Source: Bacilli bacterium (GTDB lineage: Bacteria > Bacillota_I > Bacilli_A > RFN20 > CAG-826). From it: DNA of 25,929 nt. Below the pieces are notes generated by a model, which was not told where the DNA came from, did not search any database, and saw nothing but the letters and a program-made list of their open reading frames with translations. Below are positions 14,858 to 22,841 of the stretch, piece after piece (position 1 is the first letter of the stretch; each line of letters begins with the position of its first letter). Location: assembly GCA_017551465.1 (NCBI GenBank), contig JAFZLN010000076.1, positions 1-25,929 of the forward strand, in the 5' to 3' direction. Both the position numbers and the translations under genes were made by a program.

Positions 14858-17800
14858 TTATTCAGCAGCTGCTTCAGCTTCTTCTTTTTTGCGTAATGCA
14901 GTGAAGATAACTAAGAAGCCCCAACCTGCTAAGCAGACAGGAACGACGATTTCCACAACACGGAACATAATCTTCCACCATGCGGTCTTGTAACCGATGA
15001 TGTCGACTTTTAACATCGCGGAGTTAGCTAACGCATAGAGATTGTTATGAGCAGATTTTCTAAGTAAGTTAGCATCCTTAGCGTCGTTCTTCTTGACGTA
15101 TGGAGTATCGTTTTCATTACTTGTCACTAACATTTGTTCAGCGTCAGAGCAGAGGTTTAAGTCACCACCAGCGTAGAGCATTTGTTTACTATCCATATAG
15201 AAGTCTGTATGGAAGTCACAAATAACAGAACCAGTGAAGCCCCATTCTTTCTTGAGGATCTTTGTGACTAAGCGGTAGGAACCACCAGCCCATTCAGTAC
15301 CGATACGGTTGAAGGATGTCATTAAGCCATGAGCTTCGCCATCTTTAACAGCAATTTCGAAAGCCTTTAAGTAAAGTTCACGCATTGCTTGTTCATCTAA
15401 CCATGTGGCAATACCGTTTGTGGATCTGTGTGTTTCTTGGTCGTTAACAGCATAGTGCTTAACGTTAGCGTAAACGCCTTTTTTAGCAACGCCTTTAATC
15501 ACTCTGCCGGCTAAGGTACCATTTAAGAATGGATCTTCTGAATAGTATTCAGTATTACGGCCAGAGAATGGAGAACGGTGTAAGTTGACGCCTGGTGCAT
15601 ACCAACCTGGGTAAGCAATACCGCCACCTTTTTCGTTACCGATTAAGCATTCGTTACCGATAGCTTTAGCTTGTTCATCGGCTAATTCGACGTTGTATGT
15701 TTGTGCTAATAAGCATTCTGATTGATAGTAGCAGCAACCATAAATGGCTTTACTACCTAAGAAGCCAACGATACCTGTAGGACCATCAGCGGAAATTGTA
15801 GCAGGAACTACGACATAGTCTTTGTAGTTCTTTTCAACTTCTTCGCCTGTTTCTTCATCAATTTCAGTAATGGTGACATTCTTCTTGATGGCGGCTGTAG
15901 AATAGCAACCTTCGTTGAATAATTTTAGATAGTCATCAAATGATAATTGATCAAGGAAGTCTTCCCATAATGGGTCATCGTATGTTTTACCAGCTAAATC
16001 TCTGATGTTCACTTTGTAAGGTGCATCCATTGTTGGCATCTTATCGTATGTTTCATCATTTGTGGTTTCTTTGGATTTTAACTTTTGAAGTAATTCATCA
16101 GTGATTTCACGTTCGGCATCAGTGATTGGTTTTGGGAATGTGCCAGCGAAGTTATTTCTGGATAAACTTTCTGCTGGGTTCATATGAGCAGTAAGTTCTG
16201 GGAATAAAGGTTCAACTTTAACACCAGTTACTGGGTCATTTTCAATCTTCACATCTTCCGCTAAAGTCTTTTTGATTTCAGCGAATGAGTGGTGAGCATC
16301 TGTACTAGCATAGAAGGTGTACTCACCTTTTTCTAATTCATAGCCTTTGAAGCCATTGGCGTTCTTATCTTGAGAATCGAAGCTAGCGAAATCGTATGGA
16401 TCGACAGTAATTGAAACTGTTTCTTCTTCGCCTTTCTTTAATTCTTTAGTTTTAGCAAAGCCAACAAGAACTTTGTGGGCTTTTTCAATACCACCAGCGG
16501 TATATGGAGCGGAAGCATAGAGTTGGACAACTTGTTTGCCAGCCACATCACCAGTGTTCTTAACTTTGATTTTGACTGTGAATTCTTTACCGTATTCTAA
16601 GGCTTCACCTTCATTAGTCACTTGTTCAGTGAATGTTGTATAGCTTAAGCCATAACCGAATGGGTAAACAACGTTAGCGTTGTACCAATCTTCACCTTCA
16701 ACTTTGCCACGGGTTTCATAATATCTATAGCCCATGTAGATGTTTTCTTCGTATTCCACTAAGAAGTACTTAGTTGGATTACCACCTTGGAGGTAGGCGT
16801 CAGAACCATCTGGATTTTGGTAGGTTTTGTTACCACCAAAGTTTTGCCATGTTGGATCGTTTTCGTAATGTGTGTAGACAGTATCAACTGTGTGACCGGA
16901 TGGGTTGACATCACCATTAAGGATTCTACCTAAGGCCATGATACCATTAGCACCTGGGCTACCAATGTTAATAACGGCGTCGATATATTTACCGAAATCG
17001 TTATAATCAGTAGGATTTGTTCTTTCTTCTAAGAAGCCTAAATCAATATAGTTAGAGCCATTGAGTAAAATGACGATTTTACCGAATTTCTTAGAAGCAG
17101 CGATTTGTCTTAATAATTCTCTTTCGTTGTTATCTAATTCAAGATAATGACGTGTGTCGCTATCAGCGGCTTTTCTTGGGAGGTCCCAACCTTCACCAGC
17201 GATACGAGAGAAGACAACAAGTGCTGTATCACCATATTGTTCATATGATTTCTTAACGTCATCTGTATATTTGTCATATGCAGTTTCACCAGTTTTCAAA
17301 ACTGGAACTTTTTGTGTGCCGTCAGCGGATTCCATACCTGGGTTACCACTACGTGCTTCTTGTTTTTCATAGAATTTTCTCATTTCAGGGTTCACTGAGA
17401 ATCCTGCATCTTCTAGAGAATCTTCAATGGTTTTTCTCCAACCATAAATTCTGTTGATTTCTGGATCGGTGCTCTTACCTGGAGCAGCAGAACCGGAACC
17501 ACCATAAACTAAATCAACGGAGTTTCTACCAAAGACTGTCACTTTAGCGCCTTTAGCAAGTGGTAAAGCTTGATCTTTGTTTTTGAGAAGAATCATACCT
17601 TCTTCACAGATTTCTTTAACAACGTTATTGGCGTTATCAAAAGCATCTTTCTTAGTGCTGAAATCAGCTTCAAAGGCATTACCTTTTTGGTTTGGATCAG
17701 GGATTGGAGTGTCGCCGCCCATTTGTGTTTGTTCAATCAATGAAACATATTTGTTCATTGCGAAGTAATCAGCAGCAATAAGGACACCGGCGAGAACCAC

Positions 17801-17863
17801 TGTTGTTGCCGCCCAAGCGATAACACGTGGCTTCAATAATTTTTTAATTACTTTTGCAGCCAT
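14858..17863 (-). CDS. GH3 beta-glucosidase-like glycosidase, domain order GH3_C - Fn3-like - GH3_N, with N- and C-terminal TM segments
   Basis: Motifs EEGMILLKN, GYGSG-like GGSGS, SRIAGEGWDL (acid/base candidate), NPSGHTVDT, YRYYET..YPFGYGLSYTTF, SADGP, RSPFSGRNTEYYSEDP, VKHYAVND and VICDF (nucleophile). The RBS AGGA overlaps the TAG stop of the upstream lipoprotein gene (11-bp gap), consistent with translational coupling. Confidence 0.95.
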   Translation of the reverse strand: MAAKVIKKLLKPRVIAWAATTVVLAGVLIAADYFAMNKYVSLIEQTQMGGDTPIPDPNQKGNAFEADFSTKKDAFDNANNVVKEICEEGMILLKNKDQALPLAKGAKVTVFGRNSVDLVYGGSGSAAPGKSTDPEINRIYGWRKTIEDSLEDAGFSVNPEMRKFYEKQEARSGNPGMESADGTQKVPVLKTGETAYDKYTDDVKKSYEQYGDTALVVFSRIAGEGWDLPRKAADSDTRHYLELDNNERELLRQIAASKKFGKIVILLNGSNYIDLGFLEERTNPTDYNDFGKYIDAVINIGSPGANGIMALGRILNGDVNPSGHTVDTVYTHYENDPTWQNFGGNKTYQNPDGSDAYLQGGNPTKYFLVEYEENIYMGYRYYETRGKVEGEDWYNANVVYPFGYGLSYTTFTEQVTNEGEALEYGKEFTVKIKVKNTGDVAGKQVVQLYASAPYTAGGIEKAHKVLVGFAKTKELKKGEEETVSITVDPYDFASFDSQDKNANGFKGYELEKGEYTFYASTDAHHSFAEIKKTLAEDVKIENDPVTGVKVEPLFPELTAHMNPAESLSRNNFAGTFPKPITDAEREITDELLQKLKSKETTNDETYDKMPTMDAPYKVNIRDLAGKTYDDPLWEDFLDQLSFDDYLKLFNEGCYSTAAIKKNVTITEIDEETGEEVEKNYKDYVVVPATISADGPTGIVGFLGSKAIYGCCYYQSECLLAQTYNVELADEQAKAIGNECLIGNEKGGGIAYPGWYAPGVNLHRSPFSGRNTEYYSEDPFLNGTLAGRVIKGVAKKGVYANVKHYAVNDQETHRSTNGIATWLDEQAMRELYLKAFEIAVKDGEAHGLMTSFNRIGTEWAGGSYRLVTKILKKEWGFTGSVICDFHTDFYMDSKQMLYAGGDLNLCSDAEQMLVTSNENDTPYVKKNDAKDANLLRKSAHNNLYALANSAMLKVDIIGYKTAWWKIMFRVVEIVVPVCLAGWGFLVIFTALRKKEEAEAAAE

Positions 17864-17874
17864 AGTTTTATTTC

Positions 17875-18978
17875 CTATTTATTGGAATTATCCATTTGAG
17901 AGATTTTGGCTTTTGGCCATGTGATGTTGCTGGAAGAATATAACTTAATAGCGTCAACAACTGGACCAGTACTCTTAATGGTACCGTTTAATGTATCTAA
18001 GTTATTAACAACCATTTGGATGGTGTTTTTACCAGCCTTTAAGGAAACATTGGCGCTGACCATATAATCTTGGAATGGGAGGAAGGTCTTTGGAATGATG
18101 TTATGAATGGTGATGCTACCATAATTAACTGGAGCATCGTTCACTTTAACTGGGAATCCTTCATAGTTAAATGTTTCATAAACTCTTTCTTCACCTTCGC
18201 CTTCGAAGACTTGCTTTTCTTCTGGAAGACCATATTCACCAGATAATCTCATGAATAAGGTGACGTTTTCAGCAGCAACATCACTTTCAAGTTCCCATGT
18301 TAATGTGTTGCCTTCTACGTAGTTATAGTGGACGAAGGCCGCCATAACGGTGACATCTGGGTTATTGAAGTCAGCAGCGGTTGCATAACGTGCAACACCA
18401 TCTTCTCTAACGAATGCACCAGAAGCGTTGTATTTATTTGTCTTGGTTTCTTTGCTGTAGTTAACTCTAGCAATTAAGCCTGTACCGGCTTGACCACCAG
18501 AATAGGTTTCACCGTCCATGCCAGGAGTACCATCTTTACCAATTCTTTCGGTGATATCTGGGCATAATTCTGCTTCAAAAGTTTGAGCTTCTTGACCAGC
18601 AGGAACGAAACATGGTTTTAATTCGATGTTTTCCATAACGACATTGTTGTCTCTGTTTTCGAAGTCCCAAATTTGACCACCATTTTTAACGTTCATCCAG
18701 CCATAGAAGGCTTTACCAGCTGGAGCGGTTGGATCTGCAGGTTTTGTTAATGCAGAACCGAGTTCGATTTGTTCGACTTTTGGATCGCCATTACCACTGT
18801 CGATTTTCACTTCGAACTTTGGTAATTCTACTTTGCTAGTGCTAACTTCAGAGGATGAACTCTTGCTACCACTAGGTTTCTTAGAAGTTGAGCCTCCACC
18901 GTTGCCGTTACAAGCGGCCATGGCTAAAGAGGCAACCATCATGCCTAAGAAAAGCACTTTGTTTTTCATTTTTTTCAT
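17875..18978 (-). CDS. Lipoprotein with InlB B-repeat and C-terminal CBM6/CBM35-like beta-sandwich (putative carbohydrate-binding protein)
   Basis: Lipobox LAMAA-C23 and Ser/Gly linker. B-repeat LTKPADPTAPAGKAFYGW..WDF. The C-terminal domain starts FEAE and ends VSLKAGKNTIQM..VDAIKL, hallmarks of CBM6/35 folds. The CBM call is by motif only. Confidence 0.85.
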   Translation of the reverse strand: MKKMKNKVLFLGMMVASLAMAACNGNGGGSTSKKPSGSKSSSSEVSTSKVELPKFEVKIDSGNGDPKVEQIELGSALTKPADPTAPAGKAFYGWMNVKNGGQIWDFENRDNNVVMENIELKPCFVPAGQEAQTFEAELCPDITERIGKDGTPGMDGETYSGGQAGTGLIARVNYSKETKTNKYNASGAFVREDGVARYATAADFNNPDVTVMAAFVHYNYVEGNTLTWELESDVAAENVTLFMRLSGEYGLPEEKQVFEGEGEERVYETFNYEGFPVKVNDAPVNYGSITIHNIIPKTFLPFQDYMVSANVSLKAGKNTIQMVVNNLDTLNGTIKSTGPVVDAIKLYSSSNITWPKAKISQMDNSNK

Positions 18979-19153
18979 AATAGATAATTATTCGGTTTAC
19001 CCTAGATTTGACTACCGAATAACATTCTCCTTTCTAGGGGTATATAATCAAGCCTCATCTTAATACAAACGATTTAAGATGAAACTTTATTAACGATTTT
19101 AAGCACTTAATAGCATACCACCATGTGCGTGTAATGTGTATATGCATTTATAT

Positions 19154-19194
19154 GCATGAAACTGCTAGGACCAACGCGGCCCTAGCAGTCATGC
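19154..19194 (-). promoter_or_regulatory. Stable intercistronic stem-loop after GH3 gene 2 (RNA-stabilising hairpin or weak terminator)
   Basis: Minus-strand ACUGCUAGGGCC-GCGUU-GGUCCUAGCAGU forms a 12-bp stem with G-U, extended by GCAUGA/UCAUGC. No long U-tract follows on the sense strand. Confidence 0.6.
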
Positions 19195-19221
19195 TTTTTT
19201 TAGTTAGAAATTATTCTAAGA

Positions 19222-22200
19222 TTACGCTCTTCTTTTTTTGCGTAAGGAGACAAGTAATAAACCTGCACCAGCAAGAGCGACTAAGCTAATCATAGCACTG
19301 CAAGCAGCGATATCACCGAAGCAGCCTTTCTTAGCAGCAGCAGCGTCACCAGTTGTAGCGGTAACGATTAATTTGTAAGCGCCAACAGCATTGCCTTCAC
19401 CATCTAAACCGATGAAATCAATGTGATAGACACCTTCGTTTTGGAATTTACCAGTGAGCTTGTTGTCTTTGAATTCGACACCGGCTGGTAAATCGACACG
19501 GTCATTAAGCTTGTAGCTTTCAGCGCCTTCGATTTCTGGAGTGAAATTGATTGCATCTTTACGAGCTTCAAGTTGCATGTATTCTTCACCGTTTTCACCA
19601 ACGATAACCATGACTCTATTTGTAGCGGTACAACGAGAAGCCATGTATAAATGTTCTTTTGTACATTTTCTCACAGCATACCAGTAGGAGTAGGAAATGG
19701 CTTTAGAACCATCTGCCTTCTTGTACATTGGAGCTTGTGCTGTGGAATCCCATTGAGCTTCGGAATCACCACCGAAACCACCACCTTGGTCTAATTGGGC
19801 GTTACAACCAGCTAAGCAACGGTTGTTAACGTTTTCGTAGCACTTGAAGTTAACAGAACCATTACTACTGTGGGTCATATCGGATAAGACAGAACCCTTG
19901 AAGCCCCATTCACCACGGAGAACTTCTGTTAATAATGGGTAAGAAGCGGCAGTTTCCATTAAGCCAACACGGTTATAGGAACCCATGACACCAATGGATT
20001 TACCTTCTTCAAAGACCATTTGGAAGGATTTTAAGTAAATTTCACGTAACGCTTGTTCGTTGACGAAGGAGATACCGGATTCACGGTTCTTTTCTTGATC
20101 GTTAACAGCGAAGTGTTTGAAGTATGCGTAGACGCCTCTATCTGTAGCAGCGCCAACGACTTGAGCAGCCATACGGCCCATTAAGAACGGATCGGCTGAA
20201 TAGTATTCGAAGTTTCTACCACCGAATGGAGAACGGTGTGTATTAACAGCTGGACCCCACCAACCGGATTTACCAGAGATGTGAGATTCCATACCAACAC
20301 ATTCACCTTGCTTATGAGCTAAGTCTTGGTTGAATGTAGCGGCGATGATTGGAGAAGAGACCCACCACATAATATTGAATTTTTGTGGACCATCACCTTC
20401 GGAGAAACCACCTTTACCAACACTGGAGATGGATTGAGAAGACATACCGTTTGTTTCAACGATCTTCATCATTTCATCCCAGGAGACTTGGTTAACAACG
20501 TCTTCCCAGATTGGATCATTGAAGTCAGTCTTCATTAAATCCTTTGTTGTATAGGAAGTATCTTTAGAACCTTGTTTCCAGTTTGTAGCAACACTTGCGT
20601 CTTTACGAGCAGCGGCTGGGACGTATTCGTCGTTACCGTTTTCGAAGTCTTCAAGGGAGAATTCAGTTGTTAAGAATTCTTCGAATCTGCTACCTTCTTT
20701 AACTGTTCTGTCTTCGAAAGTTGGGTGTGTTGGGAATGTGCCTTCAAAATCAGCACGGCTCATTTGTGTGAATTCGATATCATTTTCTTCTGGAGCGGAG
20801 TTGTAGAAACCTCTATTTGTGAAGCGGTTTTCAACTTTATTGCCAGAGAAACGGTCGTTTTCATATTTACGAGCATCAAGTTTGAAGCTGAATGAATCGT
20901 AATTTGTATGAGCGTTCTTACCGAGTAAGAGTTCATAATTACCGGCATCTAATTCATAGCCTTTGAAGCCATTGTTATTCTTGTCTTGGAAGTCGTAGTT
21001 AGCGACATCTTGGAGATAGAATGATAAGTAAACTTTTTCAGATTTGCCTGGTTCGAGAAGGCCAGTCTTACCGAATGCGCATAAGACGTGATCGGCTTTT
21101 TCAATGCCACCTTTGGTATATGGCGCTCTGAAGTAGAGTTGAACTGTTTCTTTACCAGCAACGTTACCAGTATTTTTAACTTCAACTGTCACACCAACGA
21201 CTTCTGTGTCTTTGGCGACTTTAGCGTCTTTCTTAATATTGGTTTTAACAATCTTTTGTTCGAATGTTGTGTAGCTTAAGCCATAACCGAATGGGTAGAG
21301 GACACCTTGTTTGCTGCCATACCATTCATCAGCTTGAGCTTGATTGGCTTTTGCCATATCGGCATATCTTGTTTCATAGTAACGATAGTCGACATAAATG
21401 CCTTCTTCGTAAGAAACGTAAGCGGCTGGTTTAACACCATTGATACCACCAGAAACGACTTTCGCTTCTTCACCACCACGAGCACTGTCCCATCTTGGGG
21501 AACTGTGTTGTTTGTAGTTCTTATCGGTACCAAAGCTGAGCATTGGTGAACCATCAGCAGCGAACATTGTATCTTGTGGAGCATAGTATGTTTTGCCATT
21601 AGATAATGTTACTTCGTTTGTTTGTGAGTTATCGGAGAAGTTTTGGAATGTTGGATCTTCTCTGAAATCACGGCCCCATGTGTCAACTGTACGACCAGAT
21701 GGGTTAACATCACCATTAATGATACGACCAAGGGCACGGATACCACGGTCACCTGGGTTACCAACCCAAATAATGGCTTTAACTTTATCGTTATTTTCGA
21801 GTTGTTCACATTCAAAGATGTTAGAGGAGTTAATAACGATAATGATGTTATCAGTGTGTTTGCCTAATTCTTCTAATAAGGCTTCTTCGTTTTCAGATAA
21901 TTGTAAAGCGTGTCTATCTGAAATCTTTTCAGTACTGGAGTTTGTCTTTTTGCTATCGTGAGCGTTACATGTTTTAACGTCACAACCTTCAGAACCTTCA
22001 CGGGTGATAACTTGAATAGCGGCATCGTTGTATTCATCCATTGTCGCTAATAATTCGGCGGAGTAACTTGAAATTGGTGTTTCACCGATTGTAACTTCAG
22101 AGTTACCTTTCCAACCATCATTACCATTTGTTCTACCGGCACCAGATTGGGAGTTGTTTGACCAACGTGAACCATTCCAGCTACCGTAGAAGTCGAGGAC

Positions 22201-22569
22201 TTTTTGGTTTAGTTCAAAGCCAACTTCTTTAAGAGCTTCGTCTGTGTGATAACCTTGGACGTCACTAGTAACAGAACCTGAACCTGAACCAGCACCACCA
22301 CAAGCAAGGTTGTTAGAGCTCTTGCCAGCGAGTGTGATTTTCTTGCCTTGCGCAGCGAATGGTAAGAAGCTGTCTTTATTCTTTAATAAGACGAAACCTT
22401 CTTCTGCGAGTTGGTCTTGAACACCTTGAGCGTGTTTGATATAGGCTGCTCTGTCGTTTCTGCCATATTCACCGATGAATTCGGCGTCGTTAGCGGAAAT
22501 GCCTTTATTCAAACAAACTGGTAAGGCCAATGCGGCAAGAAAAATTGGGATAAGTAATTGTTTCTTCAT
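19222..22569 (-). CDS. Secreted GH3 glycosidase (GH3_C - Fn3-like - GH3_N), C-terminal Ig-like domain and GCFG-TM-basic tail
   Basis: Signal peptide MKKQLLIPIFLAALALPVC.. and RBS AAAGGA 6 nt upstream. Motifs EEGFVLLKN, TREGSEGCD, NPSGRTVDT, YPFGYGLSYTTF, EGDGP, RSPFGGRNFEYYSADP, FKHFAVND and VLSDM. The segment LPAGVEFKDNKLTG resembles He_PIG. Confidence 0.95.
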   Translation of the reverse strand: MKKQLLIPIFLAALALPVCLNKGISANDAEFIGEYGRNDRAAYIKHAQGVQDQLAEEGFVLLKNKDSFLPFAAQGKKITLAGKSSNNLACGGAGSGSGSVTSDVQGYHTDEALKEVGFELNQKVLDFYGSWNGSRWSNNSQSGAGRTNGNDGWKGNSEVTIGETPISSYSAELLATMDEYNDAAIQVITREGSEGCDVKTCNAHDSKKTNSSTEKISDRHALQLSENEEALLEELGKHTDNIIIVINSSNIFECEQLENNDKVKAIIWVGNPGDRGIRALGRIINGDVNPSGRTVDTWGRDFREDPTFQNFSDNSQTNEVTLSNGKTYYAPQDTMFAADGSPMLSFGTDKNYKQHSSPRWDSARGGEEAKVVSGGINGVKPAAYVSYEEGIYVDYRYYETRYADMAKANQAQADEWYGSKQGVLYPFGYGLSYTTFEQKIVKTNIKKDAKVAKDTEVVGVTVEVKNTGNVAGKETVQLYFRAPYTKGGIEKADHVLCAFGKTGLLEPGKSEKVYLSFYLQDVANYDFQDKNNNGFKGYELDAGNYELLLGKNAHTNYDSFSFKLDARKYENDRFSGNKVENRFTNRGFYNSAPEENDIEFTQMSRADFEGTFPTHPTFEDRTVKEGSRFEEFLTTEFSLEDFENGNDEYVPAAARKDASVATNWKQGSKDTSYTTKDLMKTDFNDPIWEDVVNQVSWDEMMKIVETNGMSSQSISSVGKGGFSEGDGPQKFNIMWWVSSPIIAATFNQDLAHKQGECVGMESHISGKSGWWGPAVNTHRSPFGGRNFEYYSADPFLMGRMAAQVVGAATDRGVYAYFKHFAVNDQEKNRESGISFVNEQALREIYLKSFQMVFEEGKSIGVMGSYNRVGLMETAASYPLLTEVLRGEWGFKGSVLSDMTHSSNGSVNFKCYENVNNRCLAGCNAQLDQGGGFGGDSEAQWDSTAQAPMYKKADGSKAISYSYWYAVRKCTKEHLYMASRCTATNRVMVIVGENGEEYMQLEARKDAINFTPEIEGAESYKLNDRVDLPAGVEFKDNKLTGKFQNEGVYHIDFIGLDGEGNAVGAYKLIVTATTGDAAAAKKGCFGDIAACSAMISLVALAGAGLLLVSLRKKRRA

Positions 22570-22794
22570 ATGATTTCCTTTCCATATTGTTTTGCATTAT
22601 TCAATTTGCCTCAATTCGAGTGCAAAGAGAATTTAGAAACTAGAATTATAGTGTTTCAGTAATGCATTAGTACTTTCAATATAAATTGAAGGCAAAAACC
22701 ATAATATGACAAATCTAATTTGAAAGCAGGACAATCATACGATTGCATGTGTACGTATACTATAAAATTGTTTTGATACCATCATACTTTTTGC

Positions 22795-22823
22795 AACAAA
22801 AAAGACCCTCGCTTGAGGGTCTT
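22795..22823 (-). terminator. Intrinsic terminator after GH3 gene 3
   Basis: Perfect 9-bp stem AAGACCCTC/GAGGGTCTT with a 4-nt loop, followed on the minus strand by a T-tract, 19 bp after the stop at 22842. Confidence 0.9.
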
Positions 22824-22841
22824 AATTGTTTTAATTAACAA

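Noticed and set aside
19168-19177. GGACCAACGC shared between this hairpin and the 6-33 hairpin (opposite strands)
   Set aside because: One shared 10-mer among about 1.3 kb of intergenic DNA on both strands is roughly what chance gives, and the flanking stems are unrelated.
22510-22569. Lipoprotein signal in GH3-2 (LALPVC)
   Set aside because: Pro-Val before Cys fits the lipobox poorly, so a cleavable signal peptide is more likely.
22570-22800. Promoter/operators upstream of GH3-2 (TAATGCATTA 22660-22669; TTCAAT-ATAA-ATTGAA 22675-22690; TATAAT)
   Set aside because: A promoter must exist after the strong terminator, but no -35/-10 pair has convincing spacing, and these AT-rich palindromes are not distinguishable from chance.
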